A DNA stretch of 64,000 nt, taken from Eledone cirrhosa. Lineage: Eukaryota. The stretch covers positions 130,138,001 to 130,202,000 of the forward strand of contig OZ024743.1 in the NCBI GenBank assembly GCA_964016885.1, given 5' to 3'. Numbering within the stretch: the first letter of the stretch is position 1; every line of letters begins with the position of its first letter. Below are positions 1 to 11,900 of the stretch, in pieces. The notes beneath the pieces are model-generated. The model did no database searches. It had not been told where the DNA came from and was given only the letters and a program-made list of their open reading frames with translations. The translations under genes were made by a program, and so were the position numbers.

Positions 1-1379
1 CTTGGTGCTTGGTGTTTGGTGTTTGGTGTTTGGTGCTTGGTGCTTGGTGCTTGGTGTTTGGTGTTTGGTGTTTGGTGCTTGTTACTTGGTGTTTTGTGTT
101 TGGTGTTTGGTGCTTGGTGCTTGGTGTTTGGTGCTTGGTGCTTGGTGCTTGGTGCTTGGTGTTTGGTGTTTAGTGCTTGGTGCTTGGTGTTTGGTCTTTG
201 GCGCTTGGTGCTTGGTGTTTGGTGCTTGGTGCTTGGTGTTTGGTGTTTGGCGTTTGGTGTTTGGTGCTTGGTGCTTTGTGCTTGGTGCTTGGTTTTTGGT
301 GTTTGGTGCTTGGTGTTTGGTGTTTGGTGTTTGGTGTTTGGTGCTTGGTGATTGGTGTTTGGTGCTCGCTGTTTGGTGTTTGGTGTTTGGTGCTTGGTGC
401 TTGGTGTTTGGTGTTTGGTGCTTGGTGCTTGGTGATTGGTGCTTGTTGCTTGGTGCTTGGTGTTTGGTGCTTGGTGTTTGGTGTTTGGTGTTTGGTGTTT
501 GCTGTTTGCTGTTTGGTGTTTGCTGTTTGGTGTTTGCTGTTTGGTGTTTGGTGTTTGCTGTTTGGTGTTTGGTGTTTGCTGTTTGGTGTTTGGTGTTTGC
601 TGTTTGGTGTTTGCTGTTTGTGTTTGCTGTTTGGTGCTTGGTGCTTGGTGCTTGGTGTTTGTTCCTTGGTGCTTGGTGCTTGGTGATTGGTGCTTGGTGC
701 CTGGTCTTTGGTGTTTGGTGTTTGGTGCTTGGTGCTTGGTGTTTGATGTGTGGTGCTTGATGCTTGGTGTTTGGTATTTGGTGCTTGGTGCTTGGTGCTT
801 GGTGCTTGGTGTTTGGTGCTTGGTGCTTGGTGTTTGGTTCTTGGTGCTAGGTATTTGGTGTTTGGTGCGTGGTGCTTGGTGTTTGGTGCTTGCTGCTTGG
901 TGCTTGGCGTTTGGTGTTTGTCGTTTGATGTTTGGCATTTTCTGTTTGGTGTTTGGTGTTTGGTGTTTGCTGTTTGGTGTTTGCTGTTTTTGTGTTTGGT
1001 GTTTGCTGTTTGCTGTTTGCTGTTTGGTGTTTTGTATTTCATGTTTGGTGTTTGGTGTTTGCTGTTTGGTGTTTGGTGTTTGGTCTTTGGTGCTTGGTGC
1101 TTGGTGTTTGGTGTTTGGTGCTTGGTGCTGGGTGTTTGGTGATTCTTGCTTGGTGCTTGGTGTTTGGTGCTTGGTGCTTGGTGTTTGGTATTTGGCGCTT
1201 GGTGCTTGGTGTTTGGTGCTTGGTGTTTGGTGCTTGGTGCTTGGTGTTTGGTGCTTGGTTTTTGATGTTTGGTGCTTGGGGCTTGGTGCTTGGTGTTTGG
1301 TGCTTGGTGCTTGGTGTTTGCTGTTTGGTGCTTGATGCTTGGTGTTTGGTGTTTGGTGCTTGGTGTTTGGTGCTTGGTG

Positions 1380-2200
1380 CTTGGTGTTTGGTGTTTGCTG
1401 TTTGCTGTTTGGTGTTTGCTATTTGGGGTTTGGTGTTTGCTGTTTGCTGTTTGGTGTTTGGTGTTTGGTGTTTGCTGTTTGGTGATTGGTGTTTGGTGTT
1501 TGGTGTTTGGTGCTTAGTGCTTGGTGCTACGTGCTTGGTGTTTGGTGTTTGGCATTTGGTGTTTGGTACTTGGTGCTTGGTGCTTGGTTTTTGGTGTTTG
1601 GTGATTGGTGCTTGGTGCTTGGTGATTGGTGTTTGGTGCTTGGTGATTGGTGTTTGGTTGTTGGTGCTTGGTTCTTGTTGTTTGGTGCTTGTTGCTTGGA
1701 GCTTGATGTTTGGTGCTTCTTGCTTGGTGCTTGGTGTTTGGTGCTTGGTGTTTGGTGTTTGGTGCTTGGTGTTTGGTGCTTGGTGCTTGGTGTTTGGTGT
1801 TTGCTGTTTGCTGTTTGGTGTTTGCTATTTGGTGTTTGGTGTTTGCTGTTTGCTGTTTGGTGTTTGGTGTTTGGTGTTTGCTGTTTGGTGATTGGTGTTT
1901 GGTGTTTGGTGCTTGGTGCTTGGTGCTTGGTGCTACGTGCTTGGTGTTTGGTGTTTGGCATTTGGTGTTTGGTACTTGGTGCTTGGTGCTTGGTTTTTGG
2001 TGTTTGGTGATTGGTGCTTGGTGCTTGGTGATTGGTGTTTGGTGCTTGGTGATTGGTGTTTGGTTGTTGGTGCTTGGTTCTTGTTGTTTGGTGCTTGGTG
2101 CTTGGGGCTTGATGTTTGGTGCTTCTTGCTTGGTGCTTGGTGTTTGGTGCTTGGTGCTTGGTGCTTGGTGCTTGGTGTTTGGTTCTTGGTGCTTGGTGTT
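1380..2200 (+). repeat. Sub-repeat of 406 bp (58 heptamers) inside unit A
   Basis: Block GCTACGTGC..GGCATT..GGTAC..GGTTGTTGG..TTCTTGC at ~1526 and ~1932. ORFs at 1486 and 1892 are offset by 406. The same pair recurs at ~7650 and ~8056. Confidence 0.85.
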
Positions 2201-3939
2201 TGGTGTTTGGTGCTTGGTGTCTGGTGCTTGGTTCTTGGTGCTTGGTGCTTGATGTTTTGTGCTTGGTGCTTGGTGCTTGGTGTTTGGTGTTTGGTGCTTG
2301 GTGCTTGGTGCTTGGTGCTTGGTGCTTGGTGCTTGCTGTTTGGTGTTTGGTGCTTGGTGCTAGGTGTTTGGTGTTTGGTGTTTGCTGTTTGCTGTTTGGT
2401 GTTTGGTGTTTGCTGTTTGGTGTTTGCTATTTGGTGTTTGCTGTTTGGTGTTTGGTGTGTGGTGTTTGGTGTTTGATGTGTGGTGCTTGGTGCTTGGTGT
2501 TTGGTATTTGGTGCTTGGTGCTTGGTGCTTGGTTCTTGGTGTTTGGTGCTTGGTGCTTGGTGCTTGGTGTTTGGTGCTTGGTGCTAGGTGTTTGGTGCTT
2601 GGTGCTTGGTGCTTTGTGTTTGGTGCTTGGTTCTTGATGCTTGATGTTTGGTGCTTGGTGCTTGGTACTTGGTGTTTGGTGCTTGGTGCTTGGTGTTTGG
2701 TGTTTGGTGTTTGGTGCTTGGTGCTTGGTGCTTGGTGTTTGGTGTTTGGTGTTTGGTGCTTGTTACTTGGTGTTTTGTGTTTGGTGTTTGGTGCTTGGTG
2801 CTTGGTGTTTGGTGCTTGGTGCTTGGTGCTTGGTGCTTGGTGTTTGGTGTTTAGTGCTTGGTGCTTGGTGTTTGGTCTTTGGCGCTTGGTGCTTGGTGTT
2901 TGGTGCTTGGTGCTTGGTGTTTGGTGTTTGGCGTTTGGTGTTTGGTGCTTGGTGCTTTGTGCTTGGTGCTTGGTTTTTGGTGTTTGGTGCTTGGTGTTTG
3001 GTGTTTGGTGTTTGGTGTTTGGTGCTTGGTGATTGGTGTTTGGTGCTCGCTGTTTGGTGTTTGGTGTTTGGTGCTTGGTACTTGGTGTTTGGTGTTTGGT
3101 GCTTGGTGCTTGGTGATTGGTGCTTGTTGCTTGGTGCTTGGTGTTTGGTGCTTGGTGTTTGGTGTTTGGTGTTTGGTGTTTGCTGTTTGCTGTTTGGTGT
3201 TTGCTGTTTGGTGTTTGCTGTTTGGTGTTTGGTGTTTGCTGTTTGGTGTTTGGTGTTTGCTGTTTGGTGTTTGGTGTTTGCTGTTTGGTGTTTGCTGTTT
3301 GTGTTTGCTGTTTGGTGCTTGGTGCTTGGTGCTTGGTGTTTGTTCCTTGGTGCTTGGTGCTTGGTGATTGGTGCTTGGTGCCTGGTCTTTGGTGTTTGGT
3401 GTTTGGTGCTTGGTGCTTGGTGTTTGATGTGTGGTGCTTGATGCTTGGTGTTTGGTATTTGGTGCTTGGTGCTTGGTGCTTGGTGCTTGGTGTTTGGTGC
3501 TTGGTGCTTGGTGTTTGGTTCTTGGTGCTAGGTATTTGGTGTTTGGTGCGTGGTGCTTGGTGTTTGGTGCTTGGTGCTTGGTGCTTGGCGTTTGGTGTTT
3601 GTCGTTTGAGTTTTGGCATTTTCTGTTTGGTGTTTGGTGTTTGGTGTTTGCTGTTTGGTGTTTGCTGTTTTTGTGTTTGGTGTTTGCTGTTTGCTGTTTG
3701 CTGTTTGGTGTTTTGTATTTCATGTTTGGTGTTTGGTGTTTGCTGTTTGGTGTTTGGTGTTTGGTCTTTGGTGCTTGGTGCTTGGTGTTTGGTGTTTGGT
3801 GCTTGGTGCTTGGTGTTTGGTGATTCTTGCTTGGTGCTTGGTGTTTGGTGCTTGGTGCTTGGTGTTTGGTGTTTGGCGCTTGGTGCTTGGTGTTTGGTGC
3901 TTGGTGTTTGGTGCTTGGTGCTTGGTGTTTGGTGCTTGG

Positions 3940-5900
3940 TTTTTGATGTTTGGTGCTTGGGGCTTGGTGCTTGGTGTTTGGTGCTTGGTGCTTGGTGTTT
4001 GCTGTTTGGTGCTTGATGCTTGGTGTTTGGTGTTTGGTGCTTGGTGTTTGGTGCTTGGTGATTGGTGTTTGGTGTTTGCTGTTTGCTGTTTGGTGTTTGC
4101 TATTTGGTGTTTGGTGTTTGCTGTTTGCTGTTTGGTGTTTGGTGTTTGGTGTTTGCTGTTTGGTGATTGGTGTTTGGTGTTTGGTGTTTGGTGCTTGGTG
4201 CTTGGTGCTACGTGCTTGGTGTTTGGTGTTTGGCATTTGGTGTTTGGTACTTGGTGCTTGGTGCTTGGTTTTTGGTGTTTGGTGATTTGTGCTTGGTGCT
4301 TGGTGATTGGTGTTTGGTGCTTGGTGATTGGTGTTTGGTTGTTGGTGCTTGGTTCTTGTTGTTTGGTGCTTGGTGCTTGGGGCTTGATGTTTGGTGCTTC
4401 TTGCTTGGTGCTTGGTGTTTGGTGCTTGGTGCTTGGTGTTTGGTGCTTGGTTTTTGATGTTTGGTGCTTGGGGCTTGGTGCTTGGTGTTTGGTGCTTGGT
4501 GCTTGGTGTTTGCTGTTTGGTGCTTGATGCTTGGTGTTTGGTGTTTGGTGCTTGGTGTTTGGTGTTTGGTGCTTGGTGTTTGGTGTTTGCTGTTTGCTGT
4601 TTGGTGTTTGCTATTTGGTGTTTGCTGTTTGCTGTTTGCTGTTTGGTGTTTGGTGTTTGGTGTTTGCTGTTTGGTGATTGGTGTTTGGTGTTTGGTGTTT
4701 GGTGCTTGGTGCTTGGTGCTACGTGCTTGGTGTTTGGTGTTTGGCATTTGGTGTTTGGTACTTGGTGCTTGGTGCTTGGTTTTTGGTGTTTGGTGATTGG
4801 TGCTTGGTGCTTGGTGATTGGTGTTTGGTGCTTGGTGATTGGTGTTTGGTTGTTGGTGCTTGGTTCTTGTTGTTTGGTGCTTGGTGCTTGGGGCTTGATG
4901 TTTGGTGCTTCTTGCTTGGTGCTTGGTGTTTGGTGCTTGGTGCTTGGTGCTTGGTGCTTGGTGTTTGGTTCTTGGTGCTTGGTGTTTGGTGTTTGGTGCT
5001 TGGTGTCTGGTGTTTGGTGTTTGGTGTTTGGTGTTTGGTGTTTGGTGCTTGGTGCTTGGTCCTTGGTGCTTGGTGCTTGATGTTTTGTGCTTGGTGCTTG
5101 GTGCTTGGTGTTTGGTGTTTGGTGCTTGGTGCTTGGTGCTTGGTGCTTGGTGCTTGGTGCTTGCTGTTTGGTGTTTGGTGCTTGGTGCTAGGTGTTTGGT
5201 GTTTGGTGTTTGCTGTTTGCTGTTTGGTGTTTGGTGTTTGCTGTTTGGTGTTTGCTATTTGGTGTTTGCTGTTTGGTGTTTGGTGTTTGCTGTTTGGTGA
5301 TTGGTGTTTGGTGTTTGGTGCTTGGTGCTTGGTGCTTGGTGCTACGTGCTTGGTGTTTGGTGTTTGGCATTTGGTGTTTGGTACTTGGTGCTTGGTGCTT
5401 GGTTTTTGGTGTTTGGTGATTGGTGCTTGGTGCTTGGTGATTGGTGTTTGGTGCTTGGTGATTGGTGTTTGGTTGTTGGTGCTTGGTTCTTGTTGTTTGG
5501 TGCTTGGTGCTTGGGGCTTGATGTTTGGTGCTTCTTGCTTGGTGCTTGGTGTTTGGTGCTTGGTGCTTGGTGCTTGGTGCTTGGTGTTTGGTTCTTGGTG
5601 CTTGGTGTTTGGTGTTTGGTGCTTGGTGTCTGGTGTTTGGTGTTTGGTGCTTGGTGTTTGGTGTTTGGTGCTTGGTGCTTGGTTCTTGGTGCTTGGTGCT
5701 TGATGTTTTGTGCTTGGTGCTTGGTGCTTGGTGTTTGGTGTTTGGTGCTTGGTGCTTGGTGCTTGGTGCTTGGTGCTTGCTGTTTGGTGTTTGGTGCTTG
5801 GTGCTTGGTGTTTGGTGTTTGGTGTTTGCTGTTTGGTGTTTGGTGTTTGGTGTTTGCTGTTTGGTGTTTGCTATTTGGTGTTTGCTGTTTGGTGTTTGGT
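3940..5900 (+). repeat. Three copies of the GCTACGTGC module in unit B (spacings 511 and 623 bp = 73 and 89 heptamers)
   Basis: GCTACGTGC at ~4207, ~4718 and ~5341. ORF offsets are 3950/4461 (511) and 4678/5301 (623). Confidence 0.85.
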
Positions 5901-8900
5901 GTGTGGTGTTTGGTGTTTGATGTGTGGTGCTTGGTGCTTGGTGTTTGGTATTTGGTGCTTGGTGCTTGGTGCTTGGTTCTTGGTGTTTGGTGCTTGGTGC
6001 TTGGTGCTTGGTGTTTGGTGCTTGGTGCTAGGTGTTTGGTGCTTGGTGCTTGGTGCTTTGTGTTTGGTGCTTGGTTCTTGATGCTTGATGTTTGGTGCTT
6101 GGTGCTTGGTACTTGGTGTTTGGTGCTTGGTGCTTGGTGTTTGGTGTTTGGTGTTTGGTGCTTGGTGCTTGGTGCTTGGTGTTTGGTGTTTGGTGTTTGG
6201 TGCTTGTTACTTGGTGTTTTGTGTTTGGTGTTTGGTGCTTGGTGCTTGGTGTTTGGTGCTTGGTGCTTGGTGCTTGGTGCTTGGTGTTTGGTGTTTAGTG
6301 CTTGGTGCTTGGTGTTTGGTCTTTGGCGCTTGGTGCTTGGTGTTTGGTGCTTGGTGCTTGTGTTTGGTGTTTGGCGTTTGGTGTTTGGTGCTTGGTGCTT
6401 TGTGCTTGGTGCTTGGTTTTTGGTGTTTGGTGCTTGGTGTTTGGTGTTTGGTGTTTGGTGTTTGGTGCTTGGTGATTGGTGTTTGGTGCTCGCTGTTTGG
6501 TGTTTGGTGTTTGGTGCTTGGTGCTTGGTGTTTGGTGTTTGGTGCTTGGTGCTTGGTGATTGGTGCTTGTTGCTTGGTGCTTGGTGTTTGGTGCTTGGTG
6601 TTTGGTGTTTGGTGTTTGGTGTTTGCTGTTTGCTGTTTGGTGTTTGCTGTTTGGTGTTTGCTGTTTGGTGTTTGGTGTTTGCTGTTTGGTGTTTGGTGTT
6701 TGCTGTTTGGTGTTTGGTGTTTGCTGTTTGGTGTTTGCTGTTTGTGTTTGCTGTTTGGTGCTTGGTGCTTGGTGCTTGGTGTTTGTTCCTTGGTGCTTGG
6801 TGCTTGGTGATTGGTGCTTGGTGCCTGGTCTTTGGTGTTTGGTGTTTGGTGCTTGGTGCTTGGTGTTTGATGTGTGGTGCTTGATGCTTGGTGTTTGGTA
6901 TTTGGTGCTTGGTGCTTGGTGCTTGGTGCTTGGTGTTTGGTGCTTGGTGCTTGGTGTTTGGTTCTTGGTGCTAGGTATTTGGTGTTTGGTGCGTGGTGCT
7001 TGGTGTTTGGTGCTTGCTGCTTGGTGCTTGGCGTTTGGTGTTTGTCGTTTGATGTTTGGCATTTTCTGTTTGGTGTTTGGTGTTTGGTGTTTGCTGTTTG
7101 GTGTTTGCTGTTTTTGTGTTTGGTGTTTGCTGTTTGCTGTTTGCTGTTTGGTGTTTTGTATTTCATGTTTGGTGTTTGGTGTTTGCTGTTTGGTGTTTGG
7201 TGTTTGGTCTTTGGTGCTTGGTGCTTGGTGTTTGGTGTTTGGTGCTTGGTGCTGGGTGTTTGGTGATTCTTGCTTGGTGCTTGGTGTTTGGTGCTTGGTG
7301 CTTGGTGTTTGGTATTTGGCGCTTGGTGCTTGGTGTTTGGTGCTTGGTGTTTGGTGCTTGGTGCTTGGTGTTTGGTGCTTGGTTTTTGATGTTTGGTGCT
7401 TGGGGCTTGGTGCTTGGTGTTTGGTGCTTGGTGCTTGGTGTTTGCTGTTTGGTGCTTGATGCTTGGTGTTTGGTGTTTGGTGCTTGGTGTTTGGTGCTTG
7501 GTGCTTGGTGTTTGGTGTTTGCTGTTTGCTGTTTGGTGTTTGCTATTTGGGGTTTGGTGTTTGCTGTTTGCTGTTTGGTGTTTGGTGTTTGGTGTTTGCT
7601 GTTTGGTGATTGGTGTTTGGTGTTTGGTGTTTGGTGCTTAGTGCTTGGTGCTACGTGCTTGGTGTTTGGTGTTTGGCATTTGGTGTTTGGTACTTGGTGC
7701 TTGGTGCTTGGTTTTTGGTGTTTGGTGATTGGTGCTGGGTGCTTGGTGATTGGTGTTTGGTGCTTGGTGATTGGTGTTTGGTTGTTGGTGCTTGGTTCTT
7801 GTTGTTTGGTGCTTGTTGCTTGGAGCTTGATGTTTGGTGCTTCTTGCTTGGTGCTTGGTGTTTGGTGCTTGGTGTTTGGTGTTTGGTGCTTGGTGTTTGG
7901 TGCTTGGTGCTTGGTGTTTGGTGTTTGCTGTTTGCTGTTTGGTGTTTGCTATTTGGTGTTTGGTGTTTGCTGTTTGCTGTTTGGTGTTTGGTGTTTGGTG
8001 TTTGCTGTTTGGTGATTGGTGTTTGGTGTTTGGTGCTTGGTGCTTGGTGCTTGGTGCTACGTGCTTGGTGTTTGGTGTTTGGCATTTGGTGTTTGGTACT
8101 TGGTGCTTGGTGCTTGGTTTTTGGTGTTTGGTGATTGGTGCTTGGTGCTTGGTGATTGGTGTTTGGTGCTTGGTGATTGGTGTTTGGTTGTTGGTGCTTG
8201 GTTCTTGTTGTTTGGTGCTTGGTGCTTGGGGCTTGATGTTTTGTGCTTCTTGCTTGGTGCTTGGTGTTTGGTGCTTGGTGCTTGGTGCTTGGTGCTTGGT
8301 GTTTGGTTCTTGGTGCTTGGTGTTTGGTGTTTGGTGCTTGGTGTCTGGTGCTTGGTTCTTGGTGCTTGGTGCTTGATGTTTTGTGCTTGGTGCTTGGTGC
8401 TTGGTGTTTGGTGTTTGGTGCTTGGTGCTTGGTGCTTGGTGCTTGGTGCTTGGTGCTTGCTGTTTGGTGTTTGGTGCTTGGTGCTAGGTGTTTGGTGTTT
8501 GGTGTTTGCTGTTTGCTGTTTGGTGTTTGGTGTTTGCTGTTTGGTGTTTGCTATTTGGTGTTTGCTGTTTGGTGTTTGGTGTGTGGTGTTTGGTGTTTGA
8601 TGTGTGGTGCTTGGTGCTTGGTGTTTGGTATTTGGTGCTTGGTGCTTGGTGCTTGGTTCTTGGTGTTTGGTGCTTGGTGCTTGGTGCTTGGTGTTTGGTG
8701 CTTGGTGCTAGGTGTTTGGTGCTTGGTGCTTGGTGCTTTGTGTTTGGTGCTTGGTTCTTGATGCTTGATGTTTGGTGCTTGGTGCTTGGTACTTGGTGTT
8801 TGGTGCTTGGTGCTTGGTGTTTGGTGTTTGGTGTTTGGTGCTTGGTGCTTGGTGCTTGGTGTTTGGTGTTTGGTGTTTGGTGCTTGTTACTTGGTGTTTT

Positions 8901-11900
8901 GTGTTTGGTGTTTGGTGCTTGGTGCTTGGTGTTTGGTGCTTGGTGCTTGGTGCTTGGTGCTTGGTGTTTGGTGTTTAGTGCTTGGTGCTTGGTGTTTGGT
9001 CTTTGGCGCTTGGTGCTTGGTGTTTGGTGCTTGGTGCTTGGTGTTTGGTGTTTGGCGTTTGGTGTTTGGTGCTTGGTGCTTTGTGCTTGGTGCTTGGTTT
9101 TTGGTGTTTGGTGCTTGGTGTTTGGTGTTTGGTGTTTGGTGTTTGGTGCTTGGTGATTGGTGTTTGGTGCTCGCTGTTTGGTGTTTGGTGTTTGGTGCTT
9201 GGTACTTGGTGTTTGGTGTTTGGTGCTTGGTGCTTGGTGATTGGTGCTTGTTGCTTGGTGCTTGGTGTTTGGTGCTTGGTGTTTGGTGTTTGGTGTTTGG
9301 TGTTTGCTGTTTGCTGTTTGGTGTTTGCTGTTTGGTGTTTGCTGTTTGGTGTTTGGTGTTTGCTGTTTGGTGTTTGGTGTTTGCTGTTTGGTGTTTGGTG
9401 TTTGCTGTTTGGTGTTTGCTGTTTGTGTTTGCTGTTTGGTGCTTGGTGCTTGGTGCTTGGTGTTTGTTCCTTGGTGCTTGGTGCTTGGTGATTGGTGCTT
9501 GGTGCCTGGTCTTTGGTGTTTGGTGTTTGGTGCTTGGTGCTTGGTGTTTGATGTGTGGTGCTTGATGCTTGGTGTTTGGTATTTGGTGCTTGGTGCTTGG
9601 TGCTTGGTGCTTGGTGTTTGGTGCTTGGTGCTTGGTGTTTGGTTCTTGGTGCTAGGTATTTGGTGTTTGGTGCGTGGTGCTTGGTGTTTGGTGCTTGGTG
9701 CTTGGTGCTTGGCGTTTGGTGTTTGTCGTTTGAGTTTTGGCATTTTCTGTTTGGTGTTTGGTGTTTGGTGTTTGCTGTTTGGTGTTTGCTGTTTTTGTGT
9801 TTGGTGTTTGCTGTTTGCTGTTTGCTGTTTGGTGTTTTGTATTTCATGTTTGGTGTTTGGTGTTTGCTGTTTGGTGTTTGGTGTTTGGTCTTTGGTGCTT
9901 GGTGCTTGGTGTTTGGTGTTTGGTGCTTGGTGCTTGGTGTTTGGTGATTCTTGCTTGGTGCTTGGTGTTTGGTGCTTGGTGCTTGGTGTTTGGTGTTTGG
10001 CGCTTGGTGCTTGGTGTTTGGTGCTTGGTGTTTGGTGCTTGGTGCTTGGTGTTTGGTGCTTGGTTTTTGATGTTTGGTGCTTGGGGCTTGGTGCTTGGTG
10101 TTTGGTGCTTGGTGCTTGGTGTTTGCTGTTTGGTGCTTGATGCTTGGTGTTTGGTGTTTGGTGCTTGGTGTTTGGTGCTTGGTGATTGGTGTTTGGTGTT
10201 TGCTGTTTGCTGTTTGGTGTTTGCTATTTGGTGTTTGGTGTTTGCTGTTTGCTGTTTGGTGTTTGGTGTTTGGTGTTTGCTGTTTGGTGATTGGTGTTTG
10301 GTGTTTGGTGTTTGGTGCTTGGTGCTTGGTGCTACGTGCTTGGTGTTTGGTGTTTGGCATTTGGTGTTTGGTACTTGGTGCTTGGTGCTTGGTTTTTGGT
10401 GTTTGGTGATTTGTGCTTGGTGCTTGGTGATTGGTGTTTGGTGCTTGGTGATTGGTGTTTGGTTGTTGGTGCTTGGTTCTTGTTGTTTGGTGCTTGGTGC
10501 TTGGGGCTTGATGTTTGGTGCTTCTTGCTTGGTGCTTGGTGTTTGGTGCTTGGTGCTTGGTGTTTGGTGCTTGGTTTTTGATGTTTGGTGCTTGGGGCTT
10601 GGTGCTTGGTGTTTGGTGCTTGGTGCTTGGTGTTTGCTGTTTGGTGCTTGATGCTTGGTGTTTGGTGTTTGGTGCTTGGTGTTTGGTGTTTGGTGCTTGG
10701 TGTTTGGTGTTTGCTGTTTGCTGTTTGGTGTTTGCTATTTGGTGTTTGCTGTTTGCTGTTTGCTGTTTGGTGTTTGGTGTTTGGTGTTTGCTGTTTGGTG
10801 CTTGGTGCTACGTGCTTGGTGTTTGGTGTTTGGCATTTGGTGTTTGGTACTTGGTGCTTGGTGCTTGGTTTTTGGTGTTTGGTGATTGGTGCTTGGTGCT
10901 TGGTGATTGGTGTTTGGTGCTTGGTGATTGGTGTTTGGTTGTTGGTGCTTGGTTCTTGTTGTTTGGTGCTTGGTGCTTGGGGCTTGATGTTTGGTGCTTC
11001 TTGCTTGGTGCTTGGTGTTTGGTGCTTGGTGCTTGGTGCTTGGTGCTTGGTGTTTGGTTCTTGGTGCTTGGTGTTTGGTGTTTGGTGCTTGGTGTCTGGT
11101 GTTTGGTGTTTGGTGTTTGGTGTTTGGTGTTTGGTGCTTGGTGCTTGGTCCTTGGTGCTTGGTGCTTGATGTTTTGTGCTTGGTGCTTGGTGCTTGGTGT
11201 TTGGTGTTTGGTGCTTGGTGCTTGGTGCTTGGTGCTTGGTGCTTGGTGCTTGCTGTTTGGTGTTTGGTGCTTGGTGCTAGGTGTTTGGTGTTTGGTGTTT
11301 GCTGTTTGCTGTTTGGTGTTTGGTGTTTGCTGTTTGGTGTTTGCTATTTGGTGTTTGCTGTTTGGTGTTTGGTGTGTGGTGTTTGGTGTTTGATGTGTGG
11401 TGCTTGGTGCTTGGTGTTTGGTATTTGGTGCTTGGTGCTTGGTGCTTGGTTCTTGGTGTTTGGTGCTTGGTGCTTGGTGCTTGGTGTTTGGTGCTTGGTG
11501 CTAGGTGTTTGGTGCTTGGTGCTTGGTGCTTTGTGATTGGTGCTTGGTTCTTGATGCTTGATGTTTGGTGCTTGGTGCTTGGTACTTGGTGTTTGGTGCT
11601 TGGTGCTTGGTGTTTGGTGTTTGGTGTTTGGTGCTTGGTGCTTGGTGCTTGGTGTTTGGTGTTTGGTGTTTGGTGCTTGTTACTTGGTGTTTTGTGTTTG
11701 GTGTTTGGTGCTTGGTGCTTGGTGTTTGGTGCTTGTTACTTGGTGTTTTGTGTTTGGTGTTTGGTGCTTGGTGCTTGGTGTTTGGTGCTTGGTGCTTGGT
11801 GCTTGGTGCTTGGTGTTTGGTGTTTAGTGCTTGGTGCTTGGTGTTTGGTCTTTGGCGCTTGGTGCTTGGTGTTTGGTGCTTGGTGCTTGGTGTTTGGTGT

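Larger units (their letters stand above)
171..11824 (+). repeat. Duplication of the AB dimer, offset 6125/6124 bp; second B shortened
   Basis: Identical translated ORFs at offset 6124 (436/6560, 2364/8488, 2641/8765, 3117/9241, 3613/9737). A-specific variants (GGAGCTTG ~1698/7823; ATTTGGGG ~1421/7545) and B-specific variants (TGAGTTTT ~3607/9731; GATTTGTG ~4284/10408) are shared between alternate units. Confidence 0.92.
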
